This document shows positions 38,534 through 50,714 of a stretch of DNA of 64,000 nt, one piece after another (the stretch's first letter is position 1; each line of letters opens with the position of its first letter). Below the pieces are notes generated by a model. The model was not told where the DNA came from and ran no database searches. It saw nothing but the letters and a program-made list of their open reading frames with translations. The stretch is from NCBI GenBank assembly GCA_030770535.1, contig JASVEC010000001.1:186001-250000 (forward strand), given 5' to 3'. The position numbers and the translations under genes are program-made. The stretch comes from Batkoa obscura. Its lineage: Eukaryota.

Positions 38534-39362
38534 ATATATAGCGGAAGTTTTTATAAAGATGAAGAGGCATTTAGGGATGATTGGAGTTGGTTTTCGGTTA
38601 TATTCTTTTATGAAGTCAAACTGATTGGACTATAATTTTTGATAAAAAAAGAGAAGCTAATAAACATAGCTTATTTAGTACTGCTAATGTACCATTATAT
38701 TGGCTGTTGTAATTCTATGGGTTTCATTTATCAAAAGGGTATGTCTTCTAAAAAAATACTCTTAGAGTCATCACTAAATTTAAAAATCATAAACATTGTT
38801 TTATAAAAGAGTCATGCTTTTGATCCATGTTTTTTATATTAGTAAACTTTCTATAAACAGGCTATTCCGTCTGTTGATACATAAAATAAATAAAAATAAC
38901 ATTTTATAAAGTCATACATTAAATGACAATAATAAAGAATTTTTTTGTCTTAAAGTATAGTTCTTTTAATAAGCGTTAGGCGTATAATTTCGCATACTAA
39001 AACAGTAACATGATATCAATTTTATATAAATTGAGCTCAAGGAAAGTAGTTGTCAACATTAAATTGCTAAATATACTAATTTATAATTGCTTATAACCAA
39101 TTTAATTCACACGGTAGTTTATTAAGGGTATATATTGACATTAAAATAACATAGATGGTCTGACTTTATGAAATTCAGGGATATTACTTTCAAAATAGTA
39201 TTATGAGATAAAAGTAATTGGTTAAAAATTGTATTATTTTCGAAATATAAAAGCAATTACCAATAGTGATGGCACCTTTATCGGTATTAAAAAACTGTTG
39301 TTTTAAGTCATCTTATTATTAAGAAGAATTTATTTCTAGCTATCAAATTGTATACAGTATAT

Positions 39363-39460
39363 GGGGGTGTTTTTTTTAGCTTCCTTATTTTTTCATTTTT
39401 TAAGCGCTATTTGAGCGGAAAGATTGTTGGTAAAATTCCTAAACAAAAAAATACATCCCC
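39363..39460. mobile_element. MITE-A copy
   Basis: Family sequence, ATAT TSD. Confidence 0.88.
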
Positions 39461-39887
39461 ATATATATTGAAAAAACGCTAGATTATTAGTTTCTAAATA
39501 ACTTTGGTTTTCACCACTTGGTATGTCTTTTATTAATTGTAGAATCGTGTTATCTAATGAAAATTCTGCTTTAGTCTTTAACATAAGAAATTCGATGTCT
39601 TATTGCTTATGGCCTATTGAAATATGTTTATTCGGTTAAGATATATATGTCAACGAAGATTCTACTAATTGATTAAACTATCGTTTGATTATAAACTGTA
39701 GTCTCATTATAAACCATCCTACGGCTGCTATCATAAAATAAATACATATTAGAGTATCTTTAAACATAAATAGTTTATTAAAATTTAATAACAAAGGGGT
39801 TATAGAATTTTATTATAATTAGAAAATTTTGATTTATAACATTGTTGCTTATGAAAATTTCAAAAATTAAATTTTAATGCATACTTA

Positions 39888-41067
39888 GAGCATTCATAAC
39901 GACAAGTCCAAAAATTAAGCAAATTAAAATTTTTTTGCTCAGTTAATTTAGATTTTTTTCAAAATTCTTGATTACCACCAATGATAAATACCTAAAGTTA
40001 AGATGTTATTTCTTAATTTGCCGTGAATTTTTTCTATATGAATTTAATAATGTTCTTGGACCAGGTCCTTAAATTTGTATACAAAAGTAACAAATTAAAA
40101 AGGCAGTAAATTTGAATGTAACGTTCTATCAAAAACTATGAAAGTAAAATGAAATAATGTCTCTATTCGAAAAGAATGATTGATTTGTTTTTAAGCCAAT
40201 TTAATTCAGTTGTCCTGTTAAAAACTATTTTTTTAAAATTGTATATAGTATAAATATATAAAGGCTTAAAAATATATAACTAGCCTTGTAAATAGGTAAA
40301 ATAAGCCATTAGTTTTTTATGTAACAGTTAATATTCATAAAATAAAACTTTTTACTATACATAATATCTAATTCAGATTTATTTTTATACTATATAGAGA
40401 TGCTATTTCGGTTTCATTTTGTTGTCAACTTTTAATAAGCAAAAGTGCTCGACAATTTATTTGCAAAATTATTAACTTAGGAAAATTAGTAAAACCATGT
40501 CAAATAATCAAGAAAAAGCATAAAATATCCAAATTTAGATATGGTATTTTCGAATGTTTCTTTTTTTGAGCAAATCTCAACTATAAAGACTGAGGAATTG
40601 AAGTGAAAATTGTTTCTTGATTTAAAATTTCGACATTTATAGTTAAAAAAATTCCAAAAAAACAAAACTTAGGTTAAAAAATAATAATTTTTTCTATTTA
40701 AATAACTTTCTTTGTTTTTTTTAGACCTTTTCCTTTCTAAAGATAATGAAGCGTAATATTTTATTAATAACAAGCTAGAATTTATTTATTTTTTATTAGT
40801 TAAATGAAATGTTTTAATATCAGCTAAAACTATTTATTAAAATTAAGTCCTTATCAAATATTTATATAAAGTAACTTTTTTATTATAGTCAATGATATGC
40901 TTTGTTGCCTTTTTTGGTCAAAAAAAAGCATTCAGAGATACATATAATACATTCTAACTATTTTTGCCAAAATTTAATTTAAATTTAAGCTGATGGATTA
41001 GGGGTAAAATAATTATAAAAATGTTTCAAAGTTTACCTGCTTAAAAATTTTACCATTGGGAATGCTC
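39888..41067. mobile_element. Non-autonomous PIF/Harbinger-like element (~1.18 kb)
   Basis: GAGCATTC...GAATGCTC termini with TTA 3-bp TSD. Removing it restores similarity to the 3' flank of precursor B (TTTTAATG-ATA...AAATTAAATAAA). Confidence 0.65.
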
Positions 41068-41203
41068 TTAGAGAAATTAAATAAAAGAATCCTCATTTAT
41101 TAAAATAAAAATACTAAATCAATCGACTTTCCTATAAGAAACTTGATACAATTAAGCTATCAACGGAATCCATAAGTTCTACCAACGCCTCTTCTACTAT
41201 ATG

Positions 41204-41416
41204 TTATCCACTTCCTCTTCTTTTAAGTGATGCCTCAAATTCTCTTTCACCATACGGTCTCCAACTTCTTTTTTCGAAAGAATTATAAGATCCATTTTCT
41301 TTATTTAATATTATTACTTCTTGGATAGAATCATTGGGAAGTGTTGGAGCAGCAGTAATAACAAAGGTATTAATAGTTAAGATAGTAAATAAAGTTATAA
41401 TGAAATGAATATGCAT
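41204..41416 (-). CDS. Secreted peptide precursor C (SWRPYG), truncated by a frameshift
   Basis: Same signal and pro region as the family. A shifted frame continues ...TYS-RR-GVGRTYGFR* to 41160. Confidence 0.75.
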   Translation of the reverse strand: MHIHFIITLFTILTINTFVITAAPTLPNDSIQEVIILNKENGSYNSFEKRSWRPYGEREFEASLKRRGSG

Positions 41417-42853
41417 GATTTGATTCGATTTTTTTTTAAATTTATTTTAGCTACATTATTAAGTATTTATATATTTTTTAGTACCTTGTATTTGATAGGA
41501 AGCTCGTTTTTATAACTATACATTGCATATATTTGTATCATATATTTTAATACCCAATCATATTTACTTCATAATATAATATAATAGTATTTACTCATAA
41601 TATCATCTTATGTCACATTCGATTGCACTTTCGATCCTTGAAATCTATAAAATTTATCAATATTTGGCTACAATATATCATTTGCTATGAGATTATTTGA
41701 ATATTTATTCTTATTCTTATAATTATCATCAACTATATATATAATTTGATCGCATAGTTATTATTAAGTGGTTTTTTGGGATTCTTATAAATGTGATTTA
41801 TTAGTTCTAAATACGGATGGTAATTGAACACCCCACTTGTTAGAAGATTTAAAATTATGAACTACTCAGCAACAATTTTTATGTATCAATAATGATGCTT
41901 ATTTGTTTATTTCCTATTTTTTAAGTGTTATTAATAGTAAATAATAGAGAGGAAAAATGGTACCTGAAACAGATAAAGAACCTTTACATATGCTCCTTGA
42001 ATACCCTTGCGCATAATATTTATAATTCAAAGCTATCTTCGTCATAAATAGCTATAAAACTGCTACCTCCCTTCATACCACTCAGTTACAACAAGCCTTT
42101 TCTTTTGAACTTTGACATTATTTTACCTACTTGTTTTGTTGGACCTTTCCTCCGGATATGTACCATTCCTACTGTGAATCTTCAACAAATGACTCAGGGC
42201 TTAATTTTTCAGCCTTTAATCTTTACTTTGAACGGCGCATTTTATGGGTTAGTATCGTCTATTTGATTATCAAGCATCCAACCAGGGATGCTTAGAGCAT
42301 TCGCAATATTTTAAAATGGTCTCCCAATCTTTTTTGCAAACTCATTCTAATTTAATAAAACACTTGTACCTTCTGAGTTCAAGATTTTAAAAAAATTGTA
42401 GGAGCACATCATTTTATAAATAACTTTCTATTCTAGCCTTCAAGATAAATAGCTTACTTATTAGATGTATCTATTTAAATTATGTCTATTTATTTAAGGT
42501 TTCTTGGTTAAATAATATTCCATGTTTAATGTGTTAATTGCCATTATAAATCCCAACTTTATCATGAAGCAGTATATGACTGCTATCATAAAAATTTGTC
42601 CAATTTTAAAAATTAATTTTTATTGCAATAATTACTAAAATAAAAATAAAAACAAGGTGTTTATATAATATTCGTCTAACAAGAAGCCTCCAAGTTAAAG
42701 AAATAATATTGTAAGGGTTATGATGTTTAATATATAATCAAAATAGTTAATAGGTATTATGCTTTAAACAAAACAAATAAATGATAAAATAAAATAAAAT
42801 ACAAAGTGGTTGATTTTTGAATAAGAGAGTTTAAACCACCAAAGCTATCATTA

Positions 42854-43054
42854 CTATCCATAGACTCTACCAACGCCTCTTCTACCATATTTTCTACCAC
42901 TTCCTCTTCTTTCAGCAAATTGATGATTTCCATTTTGTTTGTTTAGTATTGCTACTTCTTGAATAAAACCATCGGAAAGTGCAGGAGTAGTAATAACAAT
43001 AAAGCTATTGATGGCTAAGATGGTAAATAAAGTTCCAATAAATTGAGTGTGCAT
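42854..43054 (-). CDS. Secreted peptide precursor D (GSGRKYG, GVGRVYG)
   Basis: Family signal and pro region with RR-delimited heptapeptides. Confidence 0.8.
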   Translation of the reverse strand: MHTQFIGTLFTILAINSFIVITTPALSDGFIQEVAILNKQNGNHQFAERRGSGRKYGRRGVGRVYG

Positions 43055-43174
43055 GCTTTGATTTTTTATAATTTGTTTCGTCTACATTAGTAGGCATTTG
43101 TATGCTTTTTTCAGTAATTGATATCTAATAAGTTTGATTTTTTTACAACTATACATTAAACACATTCATATCAT

Positions 43175-43273
43175 GAGGATGTTTTTTTTGATTTCGTTAC
43201 TTTTTCCATTTTTTAAGCACTCTTTGAGCGGAAAGATTGTTAGTAAAATTCTTAAACAAAAAAATACATCCCC
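43175..43273. mobile_element. MITE-A copy in the precursor D promoter
   Basis: Family sequence, TCAT/TTAT flanks. Confidence 0.88.
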
Positions 43274-43680
43274 TTATATTTACTACTTTCCGATTATTTC
43301 TTCTTCACAATAGAATACAATACCATTTATCCTAACTACCGCCTTAGTCACATCGGATCATAATCTTGATCTATAGTATCTGCAATATTTATAATAATAA
43401 CTTTAATATATAATATATAAAAAGGGTTTTTTAACATTCGTTTTTATCTTTATAAATTGAAACATTTGGTTTATTTAATCAAATACTTACTTTTTATATA
43501 AGATTTTTATATTTGTATTCTATAGAAAAAATTCTGAATGCAAATAATAATTAGATACTATAGTATTATAAAGTAAATTTATCAATTATTTAATCTTAAT
43601 AGTGTAACTTTTTTGAGCTAATAAAAGGATTTTAAACAATATAAACTGATAATATATTTTTTGAATCTTAATAATTATAT

Positions 43681-43779
43681 GGGGATGTATTTTTGTGTTT
43701 AAGAATTTTACTAACAATCTTTCCGCTCAAATAGTGCTTAAAAAATGAAAAAAGTGATGAAACTAAAAAATATATCCCA
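43681..43779. mobile_element. MITE-A copy
   Basis: Family sequence. Confidence 0.85.
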
Positions 43780-45019
43780 AATGCTAAGGATTAAGTACAA
43801 TTGCTTCAGTGTATAATTATATATAGTATGATGATCAACTCTTGTCAAGTTTTTCCATTTACAAAGTCAATATTTGAATATAAATGGTGTAAAACATACA
43901 TATATTAAGCTAGATAAAGTAATTTCATGTAGTATGCTTAAAGTAATCTCATTTTTAGTAATAACATATATCTTTATAATGATCAATGTTTTTGAAAACA
44001 ATAGGGATTGGTTTTCAATTATATTCAATTATGAAGTTGGAGTAGTTGGATAGCAAATTTCAATAATGATAAAAATTAATAGTTACTAATTGACACATTC
44101 ATTATGTGCTATTAAAAATATTAGCTCTAACTCTATTAATTAAGTGTTAAAAAGCTATGAGCTTTAAAAATGCACTACTAGGATCATTATTGAACTTAAT
44201 TACAGATATTATCTATTATTAGTTGCTCTTTAATTCATATTTCAACAACAATTTTCGATTAAAAAGGTATATTCCGTCTGTTGTAAATTTATGTTAATAA
44301 AAATGGTTTATAAACCACAAATAAAGTATTTATAATAGAAACATGATGATGTTTTTAATAAGTATCATATCTTAGAGTAGAATTAAATCCTAGCATTTTA
44401 AAATTTAATAGTTTAAGATAAGAACATAAGGATGTATTCTTAAAAGTTTAATTTCAATACAAATATCAGTAAAAGCAAGCAGACAATTTGACTTTTATAA
44501 ATACTTTGTATTTTTTCCGATTCTATTATAAGCTCAAGTTAATTGGCTGAAATTACTGATTATTTGAAAATATAAAAGTAAATAATGATATTTTTCTATT
44601 GTTAATGGCACATAGCTATAAGTCATGTTAGATAATTAAATGGTTTTATCAATGGCATTTTAAGAATGAGTACTGTTTAAATTCACAAATTATTAATGCT
44701 TCAAATTATATAGAATTTTGACTATATAAGCCCATCCTATCTTTTATTACAAAATCATGCTACATTTTTTATGTTAGAATTAAGATAAAAAGTGAGTTAA
44801 CTAGATCATATCTCCTATTTAATTCAATGAGATAAAATTGTAGTGAAAACAAATAAACGTCAATTAAATCTTTTTTGTAACTTATAATGAAGAAAGACAG
44901 CTTACTTATTAAAAAATTAATTTACATAAAAAACAATAACTTTAAAATCTTTTTAAAGATTAACTACATGTAAATAAAAATTAAATATCAAAAATGTTTT
45001 ATTTAATACATTGATATTA

Positions 45020-45259
45020 TTAACGCCATCCATAGGCTTTACCAATTCCTCTTTTTGAAAATGAAGGGTTGTATATCTTCTTCTTGTTAAATGTAGAAAT
45101 AGAAGCTTCATGATATTCATCCGATAATTTAATTAATTTATCAACATTTGGTATTAATGTTTCTTGATTTGAATGACTAATAGTTACTGGAACAGTAATA
45201 ATAACAAAAACATTAATAGTTAAGATAACAAATAAAGATTTGAGGAAATGAGGATACAT
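45020..45259 (-). CDS. Secreted peptide precursor E (KR-GIGKAYGWR)
   Basis: Divergent family member with signal peptide, a single C-terminal core and the shared upstream TATAAATAC. Confidence 0.75.
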   Translation of the reverse strand: MYPHFLKSLFVILTINVFVIITVPVTISHSNQETLIPNVDKLIKLSDEYHEASISTFNKKKIYNPSFSKRGIGKAYGWR

Positions 45260-45486
45260 GATTTAATTATTTAATTATTAAGTTTGTTTATATTGTCAAG
45301 TATTTATACCCTTTTTTCATACCTTTCAAATTATTGGGGGTAGATGTTTTATAGTGCAGAGTAACTATAGTTTTATGTTTCATGCTAAGCTTTTAATAAA
45401 ATATATTTCTATCCAATTGTTTTTGCTTCAAAATAGAATATAATAATACAGAATCCTTAACATCATTTTAAAATCACATTACATTA

Positions 45487-45583
45487 GGGGATATATTCTT
45501 TTGTTTAAGAATTTCACCAGCAATTTTTCCACTTAAATAGCGCTTAAAAATGGAAAAAGTAATGAAACCAAAAAAACACCCCC
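45487..45583. mobile_element. MITE-A copy
   Basis: Family sequence, ATTA TSD on both sides. Confidence 0.88.
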
Positions 45584-47210
45584 ATTATGTTCTTAATTTT
45601 AAAACTTAATAATATTGTTAAAATTCGACTGTTTTATTAGTATATAATAAATTTCCTTTTAAGATCCTTTTTTTATTAATAATATAATTTTACAGAAAAG
45701 ATGAATTTAATTGAAAATAATGAGAACTAATTTTCAACTGTATTCTATTATAAAGTAGAATTAATTGGGTAATTGTTTTATATTAAAAAATAACTATTAA
45801 ATAGTTGTTGATCAATATAAATAATGTATTCTACTGAAACAACTATCCTTAACTTTATTAATTTTAAATACTAATTAGACATAATCCTTAAAAATATAAC
45901 ATTAAAATTATCACTAAAATAAAAAAATAGTACTTTGATATAAATTTAATTAATAAAAAGTGATTAAAATGGTATACTCTATTTATTTTGTATTTAACAT
46001 AGAAACGATAAGTTAAAAAAACTATGAATTAAGTATAAGTAATAAAAATTTAGTAAAGTTTTTGAAAAATAGTACAACTTAAATATTAATAATATTTATA
46101 AACTTCCATGGCTTTATGTTTAAATAAAGCTATAAGATTAATATTTTCAAATAACTAAACTTAAAATAACATTAAATTTATAAAAAAATAACAATTGATG
46201 AATAAAGGACTATTTAGAATTACATTATATGAAACTGTTGTCTGTATAAGAAACCTTTAAGGATTAAGATTGAATTTTTACAATAGCATAAGTAAGCAGA
46301 CAATTTGACTTTTGTAGATATTTCATCTTTTTTCCAATTTCATTATGAACTAAAATCAATTGGTTGAAATGATTATTGTTAAAACACTAAGTAAACCCAA
46401 ATAGTGATGACAATATATTTATACAGTTGATGGTATATAACTATAGGTCATGATAAACTATTTATTTTAAGGATTGAAGTATAAAATTCAAAATTGAATC
46501 TCTAATAGCATCTACAACTAAGTTATTTAAAACGTATTATTAAATAACACTTTACCTTCCAACTTAATAAATGAATTTTATTATTATTACACATCTATAT
46601 TGGACGCTTCGATTTATTTAAGACAGTTTAAGAACTTGAAGGATATCAACCTATAGAATATCTAAAAAAGGTTGGAAGATTTGGAATATATGGGAATACT
46701 TTGGCAAATAGCTCACTCTTTTTTGGACAGACCAAGGCTCGAACCTCAAATCTTAGGTAGAGGTGTGGTAATGGCTACTTTTATATTAGTAATTTTTATT
46801 ATTATACTGTCATCTCTCATAAATTTGGATTTTTTTTCTTTAGTGAAGTACTTGAAAATAGGTTGGTAATCTAGGGACTATTTAAAAGATTCAAAAAATG
46901 TTAATAGGATAAAAATAAAATCCAAAACTTCAATATGAAATCTTTTTAACATCTTTATTCAATATAAAGCTAACAAGAATGATAAACAGACTTGCCCAAA
47001 ATTTAAAGGTGACAATAAAATTTTATTAAAATATTATAATTCGATTAAAAAAAGGAAATACAATTACCAATTTAAATAATAGATGGAACAAAACTACATT
47101 AATTGAAGGTAATGTATATCAAATATCAATTACAGCGGGAAATTTTTCCAGAATAACTCCACAACAAAACCATTATTAAACCTAATGAATTGGTAATGCT
47201 TCAAGTATAT

Positions 47211-47309
47211 GGGGATGTTTTTTTTGGTTTCGTTACTTTTTCCATTTTTTAAGCACTATTTGAGCGGAAAGATTGTTAGTAAAATTCTTAAACAAAAAAA
47301 CACATCCCC
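47211..47309. mobile_element. MITE-A copy
   Basis: Family sequence, ATAT TSD. Confidence 0.9.
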
Positions 47310-47582
47310 ATATTGTGTTATAAAAAATGAGTTGGTACAATATGATATTATTTTACAGGAAACAGATAAAATACAAACTTAAGATTGATATATCATTAAT
47401 ATTTCTATCGAAACTTACTATTTCATCTACTATTCTAAAAAGAATACTGATTTTAACACCATATATTTCAACAACTTAAAAGCATATATAAAATTTAATA
47501 CTGTTTATTGATAAAAATCCCATAGAGATAATAATTTTGAGAACTTTCTCCACAAGTAGAGTGAGTTAATGTAAAAAAAATG

Positions 47583-47694
47583 TTTTATTACGTTAAAATT
47601 TATAAGATAAAGTTAAAAATAAATATGACACGTAATAATAAAACATTATAAAGTTATTTTTAACTTTATCTTACAGATTTTGCATATAATAAAA
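47583..47694. repeat. Foldback inverted repeat (~40-bp arms)
   Basis: TAAGATAAAGTTAAAAATAA pairs with TTATTTTTAACTTTATCTTA, with imperfect extension outward. Confidence 0.7.
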
Positions 47695-48058
47695 ATAACA
47701 CTTACTAATATATTGACTCTGGTATGAGTTAGAGAAAATAGCAATAACATTTTAATGTAATATATATAGGTAATGTAGTCAAATTTATGTCAACTTTGTA
47801 TTACTAATCATTTGAACTCAATTTGTTTAATTTGATAAATTTTTTATTAGTGGTTGGGATTAGTTTCTCCATTTGAAACCATAACTATTAAAGTTTTCAA
47901 TTGGGGTATTATTTAATTTTTCCAAATTTAGTTATGCAATTTTATTGGCCAAAAATTGTAGCTATTCTCAAAAGTGTCATTTTTAACTCAGATGATGTAA
48001 TTTACTTTAAACTATAAATACCAAGTCCAACTAATTTCCATAAGTACTTTATTTTACG

Positions 48059-48952
48059 ATGTCATTAAAACGTACAGCAACTCTTTACACTGGTGCCAAA
48101 ATCCCATTACTTGGTCTTGGAACTTGGAGATCGGAACCAAATAAAGTAGGAAATGCAGTCAAAGTGGCCTTAGCTGCCGGTTATCGTCATTTAGATTGTG
48201 CATGGATTTATGGAAATGAAAAGGAAGTAGGGGATGCTATTAAAGAATCTGGAGTTCCTCGTGAAGAAATATTTATTACTTCTAAACTTTGGAATTCTTT
48301 CCACCACCCTGATCGTGTTGAACAATGCGTTAATGAAACTTTAAAAAACCTTCAAGTTGGTTACTTGGATCTCTATCTCATTCACTGGCCTACTGCTCAA
48401 CCTGAAGGTCAACATAATTTCCCAAGAAATGCCGATGGTACTCTTTTAATCGAACATGGCTATACACTCAATGATACATGGAGAGCACTTGAAAAATTAG
48501 TTGAAAGTGGAAAAGTCAAACATATTGGTATTTCAAACTTTGGAATTAAAAGTATCAAACAAATTCTATCGGAAGCTAAAATTAGGCCTGCTGCTCTTCA
48601 AGTTGAACTTCATCCTTATCTTCCTCAACCCGAGTTACTTGAATTCTGTAAAAATGAAAACATTCACGTAACTGCATATTCTCCTCTTGGATCTGAGGCT
48701 GTACCAAAAGTACGTGAACAAACTGAAGTTGTTGAAATTGCACAAAGACTTGGTAAAACACCAGCTCAAGTACTTTTAGCTTGGGGTCAACAACGTGATA
48801 CTTCGGTTATTCCAAAATCCACTAATGAAGATCGAGTTAAACAAAATTTCCAAGATATTGAGTTATCCGAGGAAGATATTAACAAAATTTCTAACCTTGG
48901 AATTCATCACCGTTTCGCTGTCCCATCTAAAGAAATTTTCGAAAACTATTAA
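48059..48952 (+). CDS. NADPH-dependent aldo-keto reductase
   Basis: GLGTW, HLDCAWIYGNE, ITSKLW and YLIHWP (D-Y-K-H tetrad), IGISNF, QVELHP, IPKS. Confidence 0.95.
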   Translation: MSLKRTATLYTGAKIPLLGLGTWRSEPNKVGNAVKVALAAGYRHLDCAWIYGNEKEVGDAIKESGVPREEIFITSKLWNSFHHPDRVEQCVNETLKNLQVGYLDLYLIHWPTAQPEGQHNFPRNADGTLLIEHGYTLNDTWRALEKLVESGKVKHIGISNFGIKSIKQILSEAKIRPAALQVELHPYLPQPELLEFCKNENIHVTAYSPLGSEAVPKVREQTEVVEIAQRLGKTPAQVLLAWGQQRDTSVIPKSTNEDRVKQNFQDIELSEEDINKISNLGIHHRFAVPSKEIFENY

Positions 48953-49214
48953 AAAGAGAATTTTAAAAAATAAAATGTAAAATATATCTAATATAGTTGG
49001 AGTTTATTTGATTGTTTTTATTGTTTAATTTAAAGAATATTTTTTGATGATACATATATTGTTTTCAAATAATATTATTCGTTAGTACTTTAGATTCATA
49101 TTACTTTTATGATCATTAGTATACTACATCTTATATAAAAAATTAAGTTATAAAGGTGATTAAATATATTCAAAGCTAATCAATAATGGGGTGTTTTTAT
49201 TATAAACAGATTAA

Positions 49215-50714
49215 TTAATACCATGTCTTTTTACATAATTTTAAAGCTTTAGCTACATTTAAAATACCAAAGCCATATTCATTATTTGGTAATGAAGTAG
49301 CAAGATCTTTACCACAACCAAGAGTTGAATAGTTAGGGGTAGCTGATTCCCTTAAAACTTTAGCAATAAGGTCTACTCTACGATTAAGATGTGGGCAAGC
49401 GGCAATAACCAATAGAGCAGCGCCAGCGACATGAGGGGTAGCCATTGAAGTACCTTGAAAGACCGCATATTTACCACCTGGAATAGAAGAAGTGATATTA
49501 ACGCCTGGAGCGGTGATATCAATAGCAAATTCTGGCCTTTCAGGAACTGGGCCCATTGAAGAGAAAGCAGCTCGATCATTAGATAAATATTTGGAAGCAG
49601 CTACTGTAAATGAAGTAGGTTCTGTAGCTGGTGGGGATAAAATTGAAGAGCAACCTAATTTACCATCATTACCAGCACATACGGACATAAAAATACCAGC
49701 AGATTTTAAAGCTCTTAAAGCATATTTAAAGGTAGATCGACTACATCCTTCTTCTCCGGGACAATAATAAGAATTACCAATAACATGAGGACGAAGTCTA
49801 GGTTTTGGATTCGTTCCATAAAGGTTAGTTGGTGCTAATAAAAATTGTAAACAACCCAAATAAGATTCTGGGGATCCAAAGTTTTGATCCATATTTTTAC
49901 ATGCCATCCAAGGGGTAGTTGGAGATACACCTAAGTTTAATCCACCAACTGCACTACCCATACAATGAGTTCCATGATTATTATCATCACAAGGTACTTG
50001 AGAATCAATACCACATATTTTGTTGGGCTTAGTTGCATTTGCTACCTTGTTAGCGTCCCACCAATAATAATCATGGCTCAATTTGCCATTCTTATTACCT
50101 AAATAATTTTTACTTAAAGCTGGATGCGTAAAATCAACACCAGTATCAGCATTAGCATACCTTAATCTTGATGCTGCCAATGAAACATGACGTGGTATAT
50201 CGGTAGCATTTATATATTTTAAACTCCAATGAATTTCTTTACCATCCCAAGTAGTATCACCAGCTTGTCCAGCCCCTTGTTCACTATTACCTTGTGTAGG
50301 TGCACGAAATTGTTTATTACTTGTAATTTCTTCTACCTCAGGTAACTTAGCAATGGTATCAATCAATTCTTTTGGTGCTTCCACAGCAAAGGTGTTTGAA
50401 ATTAAATAATAACGATAATTTTTAATCAATCCTTTACTTTTTGCTTGATCTAACGCTTTCTTAACATTGGTTTTACTGCTCTCAGAGTGCTTCACTAAAG
50501 TGTTATATACATTTTCTGCATGAAGATCAAGATCTTCTTCAACCATGCTACGTGAGTTTGTTGAAATAGTTGGTGGAGTAGCAGGTGCCAATTGAATAAG
50601 CACTGAAGATAAACCTACTTTGGAATAATCATTGATTACTGATCTGGCTATGGTTTCACTACCAGCCACTGAATATAAAATGGTTAAATTTAAAATAGTA
50701 GATAAAAGCTGCAT
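49215..50714 (-). CDS. Secreted S8 subtilase with I9 prodomain, bacillopeptidase-F-like
   Basis: Signal peptide, ADTG / HGTHCMG / GTSMATPHVAG triad, WMACKNM...CLQFLLAPT motif. Confidence 0.92.
   Translation of the reverse strand: MQLLSTILNLTILYSVAGSETIARSVINDYSKVGLSSVLIQLAPATPPTISTNSRSMVEEDLDLHAENVYNTLVKHSESSKTNVKKALDQAKSKGLIKNYRYYLISNTFAVEAPKELIDTIAKLPEVEEITSNKQFRAPTQGNSEQGAGQAGDTTWDGKEIHWSLKYINATDIPRHVSLAASRLRYANADTGVDFTHPALSKNYLGNKNGKLSHDYYWWDANKVANATKPNKICGIDSQVPCDDNNHGTHCMGSAVGGLNLGVSPTTPWMACKNMDQNFGSPESYLGCLQFLLAPTNLYGTNPKPRLRPHVIGNSYYCPGEEGCSRSTFKYALRALKSAGIFMSVCAGNDGKLGCSSILSPPATEPTSFTVAASKYLSNDRAAFSSMGPVPERPEFAIDITAPGVNITSSIPGGKYAVFQGTSMATPHVAGAALLVIAACPHLNRRVDLIAKVLRESATPNYSTLGCGKDLATSLPNNEYGFGILNVAKALKLCKKTWY

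Larger units (their letters stand above)
42790..44580. repeat. Left arm of a ~1.8-kb near-identical inverted duplication
   Basis: Reverse complement of 55788-57577, including precursor D/G and two MITE-A copies. Confidence 0.92.

Noticed and set aside
39393..39584. 63-aa ORF
   Set aside because: Runs through a MITE-A copy and shows no protein features.
41950..42390. Slightly GC-richer stretch interrupting the array unit, with a GAGCATTC motif at about 42295
   Set aside because: The frames I translated contain stops and no recognisable motif, and no partner TIR was found; it may be a decayed insertion but cannot be supported.
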